A stretch of 24,631 nt of DNA from Verrucomicrobiota bacterium (GTDB taxonomy: Bacteria > Verrucomicrobiota > Kiritimatiellia > UBA8416 > JAIOPI01): NCBI GenBank assembly GCA_027620105.1, contig JAQCIA010000001.1, positions 1-24,631 on the forward strand, read 5' to 3'. Below are positions 8,455-16,129 of the stretch, piece after piece. Each line of letters opens with the position of its first letter. Position 1 is the stretch's first letter. The position numbers and the translations under genes were made by a program. The notes under the pieces are model-generated. The model worked only from the letters and a program-made list of their open reading frames with translations, was not told where the DNA came from and did not search any database.

Positions 8455-8483
8455 TTGCCCGCCCTCCGGGCGCATACTAGTGT
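8455..8483 (+). promoter_or_regulatory. Candidate prmC promoter (TTGCCC-N17-TAGTGT) 5 nt before ATG
   Basis: 17-nt spacing, and no SD before ATG 8489. Confidence 0.35.
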
Positions 8484-8488
8484 GCCGC

Positions 8489-9364
8489 ATGCCTGAGACC
8501 CCACCCAAGAAAGTCGTCGATGTGCTCACGGCCGCGACACAGTATCTGCACGGCAAAGGCATTGAGAGCCCCGGCCTCGCGGCAAAATTGTTGCTGAGCC
8601 GCCTCCTGAACTGCAAACATCTTGATCTCATCGTCCGCTACGATGTGGCCCTGAGCGACAAACAACTGGAGGCCATGCGCCGCGGCATCAAGCGTGTGGG
8701 TGCCGGCGAGCCTGTCCAATATGTGATCGGCGAAACCGGCTTCATGGGCCACGCCATAAAAACCGACAAACGCGCCCTCATTCCTCGCCCGGAAACCGAA
8801 CTGCTCGTGGAAACCGTGCTCGACTGCGCGGCCCTGTGGCAACGCCCCCGCCCCGTGGTGCTCGATGTCGGCACCGGCTCTGGCTGCATCATCGCCAGCC
8901 TCGCCAAGGCCAGACCGGATGCCCAATATCTCGCCTTCGATGTGAGCGAAGAGGCTCTATCCCTCGCGCGTGAAAATGCAGCCGTGCTGGGCGTGGCGGA
9001 TCGCGTCACCTTCACTCGCGCCGAACTTGGCGATGCCATGGAACCGGAAACCGCGCACTCCCTGGTCTCCAATCTGCCCTATATCCCGTCCGCCGCCATC
9101 GCCGGGCTGCAGACTCAGGTCCGGGATCATGAACCCCTGGTGGCGCTCGACGGCGGGGTCAGCGGCGTGGAAGTCATCGAGGGCGTGGTTTGCGATGCCG
9201 CGATCGTCCTCAAACCCGGCGGCATGCTCTTCCTCGAAATTGGCGCGGACCAGGGTCAATCCGTCAGCACCATCCTCCGTGATGCCGGCTTCGACGCGGT
9301 CACGGTAAAAAAGGATCTCGCCGGTCTCGACCGCATTGTCACCGGCGTACTGCCGATGGCCTAA
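8489..9364 (+). CDS. prmC: Release factor glutamine N5-methyltransferase (HemK/PrmC)
   Basis: GEPVQYVIGETGF, ALIPRPETELLVE, VLDVGTGSGCI (SAM motif I), SNLPYI (NPPY position), EPLVALDGG, KKDLAGLDRI. Start moved from 8342 to 8489. Near prfA. Confidence 0.93.
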   Translation: MPETPPKKVVDVLTAATQYLHGKGIESPGLAAKLLLSRLLNCKHLDLIVRYDVALSDKQLEAMRRGIKRVGAGEPVQYVIGETGFMGHAIKTDKRALIPRPETELLVETVLDCAALWQRPRPVVLDVGTGSGCIIASLAKARPDAQYLAFDVSEEALSLARENAAVLGVADRVTFTRAELGDAMEPETAHSLVSNLPYIPSAAIAGLQTQVRDHEPLVALDGGVSGVEVIEGVVCDAAIVLKPGGMLFLEIGADQGQSVSTILRDAGFDAVTVKKDLAGLDRIVTGVLPMA

Positions 9365-9409
9365 AAGCACCACGTCCGAAGTCCTTGCGCAGGCGCGACG
9401 CGGACTGAC

Positions 9410-10861
9410 TCAGCCCACAACCACGCACACCGGCTCCGCCGTGAGGGAAAGCCCGGCCGCAGAAGTCACGGTGACGTCGATGATTCGGCCGATCCAGGTT
9501 GGTTCATCCGCCGTGAGACGGATGTTGATCTTGCCCTCGGTCAGCCCTATCAAACAATTGAGCTTGGGGTCCCGGCCCGTGACGAGCACCGGCAACGTGC
9601 GCCCAATCTGCCCCTCGTTGGCTTGCAAGACATGCTTGCGCAGCAGCGCATTCAGCGCATAGAGCCGGCGTTTCTTCTCGTCGCTCGGAATATCATCCTT
9701 CCAGCGGCTGCTGGCCGCGCCAGGACGCGGCGAATACATGGCCGCATAGATCATGTCGAACCCGGTTTCCGCAACCACCCGCAAGGTGTTGGCGAACTGT
9801 ACTTCGGTTTCCCCGCTGAAACCCACGATGATGTCGGTAAACAGGGTGGCCGTCGGCAGGCGCGTCCGAATCTGCTCAACAATGGCGCGATATTGTCCCA
9901 CGGAATGCTGACGGTTCATGCGCAGCAGCACCTTGTCATCGCCGGACTGCAGAGGCAAATGCACCTGCTTCGCGATGCAGCGGTGGCGCGCCATGGCTTC
10001 CAGCACGTCCATGGTCATGTCACGCGGATGCGGCGACGTGAAGTACAACCAGAATTCCCGCCCGCTGCGCACGCCCAGCGCACCAATTTCGTTCAGCAGC
10101 GCGGCAAAGGAAAGCTCCTCAGCCGGCCGGTCATGCCCGTAGGAATTCACGTTCTGACCCAGCAGCGTGATCGACTTGAATCCCTTCTCCACCAACGACT
10201 CCACCTCGCGTAAAATTTCCGCCGAGGGCCGGGACACTTCGCGGCCGCGCGTATACGGCACCGCGCAAAAGGTACAGAACTTGTCGCAGCCATTCTGAAT
10301 GGGAACGAAGGCTTCAAATTCCGACACCGGCGTTGCCGGCACCTGCCAAAGCCCGGTCATCACGGGACGATTCGCGCCCCGCACCGGGCGCGTGAGGGAG
10401 GCGACGGAAATGAGGCCAGCGCCAGCGCCTGCCCCCCTGATCCTCCCGGACCGCGCGAGCGCATGCTGATTTTCCACCGGTTGCGCCGCGACGTCCGCCC
10501 CACCAAGTGCCACTGGTGTTACCACCCCATACTGGCGCAACATATCCGGAAACTCCGCCAGTTCGTTCATCGTAAAAACGAAATCAAACCGCTTGAGGAA
10601 CTTTTTGCGATCCGCCGGCAGCATGCAACCGCTGACAAACGTCAACAAGTTGCGGTCGCCCTTCCAGAGGTTCCACCGACCAATGCGGGAGTAGACTTTA
10701 TCGATCGCCTTCTGGCGCACCGAGCACGCCACCACGCCGAGCAGATCCGCCTCCGTCTCGTCGTCGGTCCAGCGATACCCCATCCCCTCGATGACCGTGC
10801 GCACGCGTTCGCTGTCCGAACGGTTCATCTGGCAGCCAAGGATCAGCAGGTGGTACTGCAT
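9410..10861 (-). CDS. miaB: MiaB-like radical SAM methylthiotransferase (UPF0004 + radical SAM + TRAM)
   Basis: LGCQMNRSDSE, ACSVR, SGCM (auxiliary-cluster Cys), GCDKFCTFCAVPYTRGRE, LLGQNVNSYG, FTSPHPRD, HLPLQSG, TDIIVGFSGET, YSPRPG and a C-terminal TRAM-like region. Confidence 0.85.
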   Translation of the reverse strand: MQYHLLILGCQMNRSDSERVRTVIEGMGYRWTDDETEADLLGVVACSVRQKAIDKVYSRIGRWNLWKGDRNLLTFVSGCMLPADRKKFLKRFDFVFTMNELAEFPDMLRQYGVVTPVALGGADVAAQPVENQHALARSGRIRGAGAGAGLISVASLTRPVRGANRPVMTGLWQVPATPVSEFEAFVPIQNGCDKFCTFCAVPYTRGREVSRPSAEILREVESLVEKGFKSITLLGQNVNSYGHDRPAEELSFAALLNEIGALGVRSGREFWLYFTSPHPRDMTMDVLEAMARHRCIAKQVHLPLQSGDDKVLLRMNRQHSVGQYRAIVEQIRTRLPTATLFTDIIVGFSGETEVQFANTLRVVAETGFDMIYAAMYSPRPGAASSRWKDDIPSDEKKRRLYALNALLRKHVLQANEGQIGRTLPVLVTGRDPKLNCLIGLTEGKINIRLTADEPTWIGRIIDVTVTSAAGLSLTAEPVCVVVG

Positions 10862-11535
10862 CAGAAATAGACCTCGGCCCGAATTGTATCCGAAGACACG
10901 CCCTGGCGCGCAAGCACGTCGTAGACCTCATCGATCATCTTTACGTTGCCGCACAGGAGGCACTGCGTGCCCGGAACGGCTGGATGCGCCTGTAAACAAT
11001 CCGTCACCCGACCCGCGAAATCACCGCCCGCATCCCGTGATGTGCACAAGACGTATTGCGCGGCATCGAAGGTCTTTCGCCCAAAGGCTTCGTCGGCTGT
11101 CCGGACGCCATGCAGCACCCGATAGCGCAAGCCGGGCAATGACGCAACCATGCTATGAAAAGGTGCAATCCCCGTGCCCGTCGCGATGAACAGGAACGCA
11201 TCCCGCGCAGGGGCCATATCGTCCAACGTAAAAAAACCCACCGGACCTTCAATGGTCACCATCTCCCCGGCCTTGCAGCGGCGCAACTGTCGCGACACTT
11301 TTCCGCCCTCGACCTCACGAATCAACACATCCAATGTCGGAGATGCGAGTGAACTGTAGATGGAATATTCGCGCTGATCGCGACCGTCCGCAACGCCCAG
11401 AATCACGCACTGACCGGGCTGAAACACCAGCCCCTGCCGGTCGAGCTTGAGCACGTAAGCCGTCGCGGACAGCGACTCGCAGGCAACGACCGTTGTGGTG
11501 TGCTGTCCAGTCAGTGTGGTGCGATGGGTACTCAC
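10861..11535 (-). CDS. Ferredoxin/flavodoxin-NADP+ reductase family FAD/NAD(P)-binding oxidoreductase
   Basis: REYSIYS (RxYS), GKVSRQL, IATGTGIAPF, LCGN and C-terminal aromatic EVYF. GTG 11535 overlaps the upstream TGA (GTGA), and its own TGA overlaps the miaB ATG. Confidence 0.86.
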   Translation of the reverse strand: MSTHRTTLTGQHTTTVVACESLSATAYVLKLDRQGLVFQPGQCVILGVADGRDQREYSIYSSLASPTLDVLIREVEGGKVSRQLRRCKAGEMVTIEGPVGFFTLDDMAPARDAFLFIATGTGIAPFHSMVASLPGLRYRVLHGVRTADEAFGRKTFDAAQYVLCTSRDAGGDFAGRVTDCLQAHPAVPGTQCLLCGNVKMIDEVYDVLARQGVSSDTIRAEVYF

Positions 11536-12122
11536 GCGCCGTCCCCGCCTGTCTTCTCTATCGCTTCCAGCTCCTTGAGAATGGCCCATAGGCGTTCGCG
11601 CCGCGCGTCGAATGTGGCGACTTTTCGCTTCAGCACCGCTCGAATCTTTTCCAGCACGTCCATGATGCCGTCTTCCTGGGTCACGGCCGCTTCCAACTGC
11701 TCACGCCATTGGCGGGCATAGCCGGCGGCGGTTCCGCCTGATGAAATCGCGAGGCTGAAATGCTCGCCCGCCACCACGGCGGGCATGATGAAATCGCAGC
11801 AATCCGGCATGTCCACGGCATTCACGAGCACCGGTAGTGCGCGCGTATCGGAATAGACGCGCCGGTTGAGCGCCTGATCGTCATCGGCCGCATAGATCAA
11901 GCGCTGCCCTTTCAGGTGCATCGGGTCGTAGGGTGCCTGCACATGGTGCAAGCCATGCGCACGGACGAGCGCATCCACGGCGGGGCCGAGCATGGGGCAA
12001 AGGATGGTGAGCCTCGGCTGGTGTGGAATCAGCCGCTCCAGCTTTTCGGCAGCAAAGCTTCCACCGCCGATCACCAGCACCGGCATACCCGCCAGCTTCA
12101 CGTTGATTGGAAACGTCTTCAT
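11532..12122 (-). CDS. Precorrin-2 dehydrogenase / sirohydrochlorin ferrochelatase (SirC/Met8/CysG N-terminal type)
   Basis: FPINVKLAGMPVLVIGGG..AAEK (NAD-binding), NAVDMPDCCDFIMPA, AISSGG. No fused methyltransferase domain. Confidence 0.88.
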   Translation of the reverse strand: MKTFPINVKLAGMPVLVIGGGSFAAEKLERLIPHQPRLTILCPMLGPAVDALVRAHGLHHVQAPYDPMHLKGQRLIYAADDDQALNRRVYSDTRALPVLVNAVDMPDCCDFIMPAVVAGEHFSLAISSGGTAAGYARQWREQLEAAVTQEDGIMDVLEKIRAVLKRKVATFDARRERLWAILKELEAIEKTGGDGA

Positions 12123-12175
12123 GTCGCGGGCGCAGTGGCTCCCGCCCCTCTCACGGCTTCATCGCCTGCCGACTC

Positions 12176-14218
12176 TCAGCCATCAATCGCGCTGGTTCGC
12201 GAATCCGCTCCCCGCCGTTCACCCAGCCACCACGCCAGGCCCATCAACACAACCGCCAGTTCCACGCCCCAGTACAGGCGCAACGCGCCCCAGATGCCAC
12301 TGGTAAATCCGTAGCTGTGCAGGCCGACGCCCAGCAGATTCACGCCCCACCAGGAGAAGGCCACGATACAGGCCCCGATGATGGCCAGAATGCTGACCCC
12401 AAAGTCCCGCACGTATCCGCCCATGCGCGCGTGTAGCACGATCAAGACCCACAGCACAATCATCAGGGCCCCATTCTCCTTCGGGTCCCAGCCCCAAAAC
12501 CGTCCCCAGCTGTAGTTCGCCCAAATCCCGCCGAGCATCGTGCCGACGAAAGAAAACAACAGTCCGAAACACAGGACGCCATATACCATGCGCGCAATCG
12601 TGGCGTAGTAGGCCCGGTCGGACTGGCGCAAATGAAACACGCGCCCGAGGACGTAAAGATGGGCAATCGCACCCGCCAGCAGGCAGGCCGCGTAACCAAT
12701 GGTCACGCAGGTCACATGCGTTGACAGCCAGAAGTTCGTGTCGAGCACGGCCTGCAGGCTCGGCATGGTGTCGGACGCCTCTTTCGCCTCGTATTTGATT
12801 GCCAGAAACATGCCCAGCATGCCCAGCACCGGCGCCATGGCCAGTGCAATGCGCTGGCGGTTCATGAGTTCCATCAGCAGGGCGACGAGAATCGCGACGG
12901 CCGTGATAAACAGAATCGTTTCGTAGAGCGTCGACACAGGCGGGCGCCCACGCAAATAGCAGCGCACCACGATCCCGGCGATCAGCATGCCCGTGCCGCC
13001 GAGCAAAGCCGCCACGGCCAGCGCGCGATTGACGGCATTTGCGCGCTGCCCACCACGTCCCGCGGGGTTGGGATTCAGCCAGGTCAGCGCCAACAGGAGA
13101 AAGCTCAACAGGAACCCAGACAAGGCCCAGAAGAAATAGTTCGCCCGGTAAAAAGCCACCTCTGCCGAAACCTTGCGATACTCACCGCGGGCTTCGGCGC
13201 CTGCGATCAACTGATCCACCAGTTGCGCCGCCACGCGCGGAAGGGCTACCGGATTGTCGCGCGCCGCCACCAGCGCTTCCAGTGTTTCCAGGAATGCCAG
13301 TTCGGGCACGCTGGTTGCCACTTGCGCGAATGCGTGGTCAATGACATCGCCAACAGCCAGCCAGGCCGGTAACTGCGCGTCCGCCGGCGGAAGCCAGTGC
13401 AGAAACATGCCATTCTCGGCATGGTGCTGCAGGAGCGTCACCTGTTCCAGCATGGCTTGTACGACCGGCGAAGGCTTGCCGACGCCATGCGGAATCTCGC
13501 CCACGAGCGTGCGCACCGCGGGCAGCTTGCCGAGGTATTCCGTTACGCGCAGCGTGGTGGGCGTTTCGACTAGCGTGGGAAAAAGCTCCGGGTCCAGCGC
13601 AATGCGGGCGCGCGCGAACCCCAGGTATTGCAACAAATATTCAAAGTCGCTCAGATTGCCCGCGAGGTTCACGATCATGGCCTGCCCCGCGCTTCGCTGT
13701 TTGGCGTCCACAACCGCATACTGGCTGGCCAATTCCATCAACCGTTCCCGTGCGGGATACAGTTCTGCATAGGAATATCGGTCGCGACGCTTTTCGTGCG
13801 GGATCGCGCCAATGGCGGTGATGACGTCCGAATTGTCGAGGGTGAAGGTCGGATAGTGTACCGCCCATTCGGGATACAGCAGGCATGTCAGCAGCCACTC
13901 CGTGGCGCCGATGCGCACCGCTTCATCGCCCATGGTAAGGCGCATGCGGCGCTTGCCGTGCAACTTGAGCAGCTCGAAGCGCGCGTAGGTGTCGAGCGGC
14001 TTGATGCGGCCACCATCCTGAATGGGCACGCGCTGCAGCAGTGCGACCACAGCCGGATCAACGCGACGGACCACGCGCGTCGAGGATGCCAGCCCGCCCG
14101 GGCCACCCTCCGCGACCGGTGCGGCCGTGCCGGTCTGCGCAAGGCCCTGCGTCGACAGCGCGAACGTCAAGCAACAGGCCGCACGGACTGCTTTCCAGAG
14201 GGTAGATCGTTTGTTCAT
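12176..14218 (-). CDS. ccsA: Cytochrome c biogenesis System II heme lyase CcsA/ResC with a large N-terminal extracytoplasmic domain
   Basis: WGRFWGWDPKENG (WWD domain), His motifs WLSTHV, VLHAR and GLHSY, RPPVSTLYET, and an N-terminal signal followed by QDGGRIKPLDTYAR. Confidence 0.92.
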   Translation of the reverse strand: MNKRSTLWKAVRAACCLTFALSTQGLAQTGTAAPVAEGGPGGLASSTRVVRRVDPAVVALLQRVPIQDGGRIKPLDTYARFELLKLHGKRRMRLTMGDEAVRIGATEWLLTCLLYPEWAVHYPTFTLDNSDVITAIGAIPHEKRRDRYSYAELYPARERLMELASQYAVVDAKQRSAGQAMIVNLAGNLSDFEYLLQYLGFARARIALDPELFPTLVETPTTLRVTEYLGKLPAVRTLVGEIPHGVGKPSPVVQAMLEQVTLLQHHAENGMFLHWLPPADAQLPAWLAVGDVIDHAFAQVATSVPELAFLETLEALVAARDNPVALPRVAAQLVDQLIAGAEARGEYRKVSAEVAFYRANYFFWALSGFLLSFLLLALTWLNPNPAGRGGQRANAVNRALAVAALLGGTGMLIAGIVVRCYLRGRPPVSTLYETILFITAVAILVALLMELMNRQRIALAMAPVLGMLGMFLAIKYEAKEASDTMPSLQAVLDTNFWLSTHVTCVTIGYAACLLAGAIAHLYVLGRVFHLRQSDRAYYATIARMVYGVLCFGLLFSFVGTMLGGIWANYSWGRFWGWDPKENGALMIVLWVLIVLHARMGGYVRDFGVSILAIIGACIVAFSWWGVNLLGVGLHSYGFTSGIWGALRLYWGVELAVVLMGLAWWLGERRGADSRTSAIDG

Positions 14219-15396
14219 CGCACCCCCCGCTTCACATAGAAGAAGAGCTTCTGAAAGAAATGCAGCAGCAGTCCGGCGCTGACGATGATGCAGGCATACA
14301 GCGGCCAGTGGTCCGCCGGATTATGCACCACGGCGAATCCGGAAAAGAGCGGCGTGCCGGGCGGTGCGTTTTGCGGACCCCACGATGCCTGAAACAGCGT
14401 GTAGCCGCGGTAGCGCAGCGGCGCATTCATGCTGATGTTCACGGCTTCGTGCGATTCGCCTTCGCTCTTGGTCACGTCGCTGCGAAACACTTTCGGGATT
14501 TGTGTGTTGGGATGCAGTTCCACCGTGAAACGATCCAGCCGAACATCGAACGGGATGGACCAGGTGCGGCGCTTCATCGCCACTGCCCAGCGCTCCGTAC
14601 CGGTTGTGAAGGCAAAAGGATGTCGCTCATAGGCCCAGACAATGCTGCGTTGCGGCGCACCGCCCGCCTTGTCCACAACCTCCACATAGACACCGGCCGC
14701 GTTCGCCTCCACTTCCTTCGCGCGCGCCTGCGGCAGCAGGGACACGCCGTCGACCGGAGGCAGTGCCGGCGGGGCGCCGCCGGGCACGGGAACGCAATTC
14801 ACCTGGTACTGCGCGAGCGCGAGCGCAAAGGGCAAATCAGCCGCCGCAAACGTCCGCGCGCCGAAGGGACCCATCGCTTCCAGATCCTTTGTGGGAATGA
14901 TCCAGATGCGATCCGAAGGTGTTGGTTCCAGGCGCCGGATTTCCACAACCCAATCCGTATAGCTCTCCACCTCGTTCGCCGTCTCCCCTTCATACAGACG
15001 CATGCTGCCGTGGTTCGACTGATGAAACGTCACGAACCCGCTGACCAGCAGGAGCAAAATGCCCGCATGTGCCACCAGCACCCCAATGGGGCCGCGCCGC
15101 TGAATGAGCCGAATCATTCCGCCACAAACCTGATTGATGAACAGAATGACGAGCAGCAGGTAAACGCCCGGCAGTGGGATCGGCACCACGTCGAACAACC
15201 AGTGCACAAGATACAGCGAGTTGAAGTACTTTTGCTGAACGACGTACAGCCCGAACTCCGCCTGTTCCAGCGTGCCCAGCAGCGTCAAAACCAACAGCAG
15301 AAAGAGGACGACAATGGCCAGCCCGAACGATGACAGGAACGCAAAGATGCGCCCGGCAACCGTTGGTCGTTGCAGACCTGTGGAATCTGGTGTCAT
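14215..15396 (-). CDS. Cytochrome c biogenesis ResB/CcsB-like protein
   Basis: N-terminal TMs (FLSSFGLAIV..LLTLLGTLEQ), TM His in VAHAGILL, FRSDV...ISMNAPLRYRGYTLFQASW and a C-terminal TM. ATGA overlap with ccsA. Confidence 0.82.
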   Translation of the reverse strand: MTPDSTGLQRPTVAGRIFAFLSSFGLAIVVLFLLLVLTLLGTLEQAEFGLYVVQQKYFNSLYLVHWLFDVVPIPLPGVYLLLVILFINQVCGGMIRLIQRRGPIGVLVAHAGILLLLVSGFVTFHQSNHGSMRLYEGETANEVESYTDWVVEIRRLEPTPSDRIWIIPTKDLEAMGPFGARTFAAADLPFALALAQYQVNCVPVPGGAPPALPPVDGVSLLPQARAKEVEANAAGVYVEVVDKAGGAPQRSIVWAYERHPFAFTTGTERWAVAMKRRTWSIPFDVRLDRFTVELHPNTQIPKVFRSDVTKSEGESHEAVNISMNAPLRYRGYTLFQASWGPQNAPPGTPLFSGFAVVHNPADHWPLYACIIVSAGLLLHFFQKLFFYVKRGVR

Positions 15397-15430
15397 GCGA
15401 AGGTGCTGTCCCGATTGTTAAAAGCCGCAA

Positions 15431-15436
15431 ATTATA
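15431..15436 (-). promoter_or_regulatory. Consensus -10 (TATAAT) upstream of resB
   Basis: Perfect TATAAT about 35 nt before ATG 15396. The -35 region (TGGTCA at 17 nt) is weak. Confidence 0.35.
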
Positions 15437-15503
15437 GGCATCGGGGCATGCCCTGACCATGAGAATCGAGGGCGGAATGCGGGCTGGAAATGCAATCGGT
15501 GCG

Positions 15504-15899
15504 TCAGGCGCGCATGCGCAGTGCGGCGACCACCAGCAGGCTCCACCCGACAATCAGCAGCAAACCGCCCACCGGGGTCACCGGACCGAGAAAGCGCAAT
15601 TCGCCTAATGGCAATAGCGTGCGCGTAGCGAGCAGATAGATGGAGCCAGAGAACAGCACGGTGCCAATCGTGAAACACATGACTGCGCCGCGTAGAATCG
15701 GTGGCGCGCCGTGGAGCATCCATAGGCCGGCCCACAACAACACAATGGCATGATACATCTGGTAGCGGACACCGGTTTCAAACGCGGCGAGCGCCGACGG
15801 TTCGAGGCGGGCGCGCAGTCCATGCGCCCCAAAAGCACCGAGCACCACCGCGATGCCGCCAAAAAGACCTGCGATCAACAACACCAGCCTGGCCGTCAT
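15504..15899 (-). CDS. DUF423 (YgdD/TMEM256) family membrane protein
   Basis: LGAFGAHGL, FETGVRYQMYHA, LFSGSIY, GPVTPVGG. Start moved to ATG 15899, after SD AGGAG. Confidence 0.9.
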   Translation of the reverse strand: MTARLVLLIAGLFGGIAVVLGAFGAHGLRARLEPSALAAFETGVRYQMYHAIVLLWAGLWMLHGAPPILRGAVMCFTIGTVLFSGSIYLLATRTLLPLGELRFLGPVTPVGGLLLIVGWSLLVVAALRMRA

Positions 15900-16092
15900 G
15901 CGCGCTCCTTCTTGAAGCACCACACTCGACGAGCGGGGGTCGCTCTGTCAAGCATCGGAGCCTCCCGACAGCTCCTAGCCCAAAGTCTTGAGCGGATGCT
16001 CCGGGCCACCGTCAGCAATTCCGCGACCTCGGCGACACGGCGGGAGATGCTTTCCAGTTGCCTCATGCGGGCCCCGGACTTCCACAATTCCC

Positions 16093-16121
16093 TTGTGCCC
16101 ATTCCGCCGCTGCCAAATACT
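16093..16121 (+). promoter_or_regulatory. Candidate promoter for the KamA-family gene (TTGTGC-N17-AATACT)
   Basis: 17-nt spacing, 8 nt before ATG 16130, no SD. Confidence 0.3.
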
Positions 16122-16129
16122 CCGCCGCG

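Noticed and set aside
9374-9406. Hairpin between convergent prmC and miaB as an intrinsic terminator
   Set aside because: The stems are short and interrupted, with no U tract on either strand.
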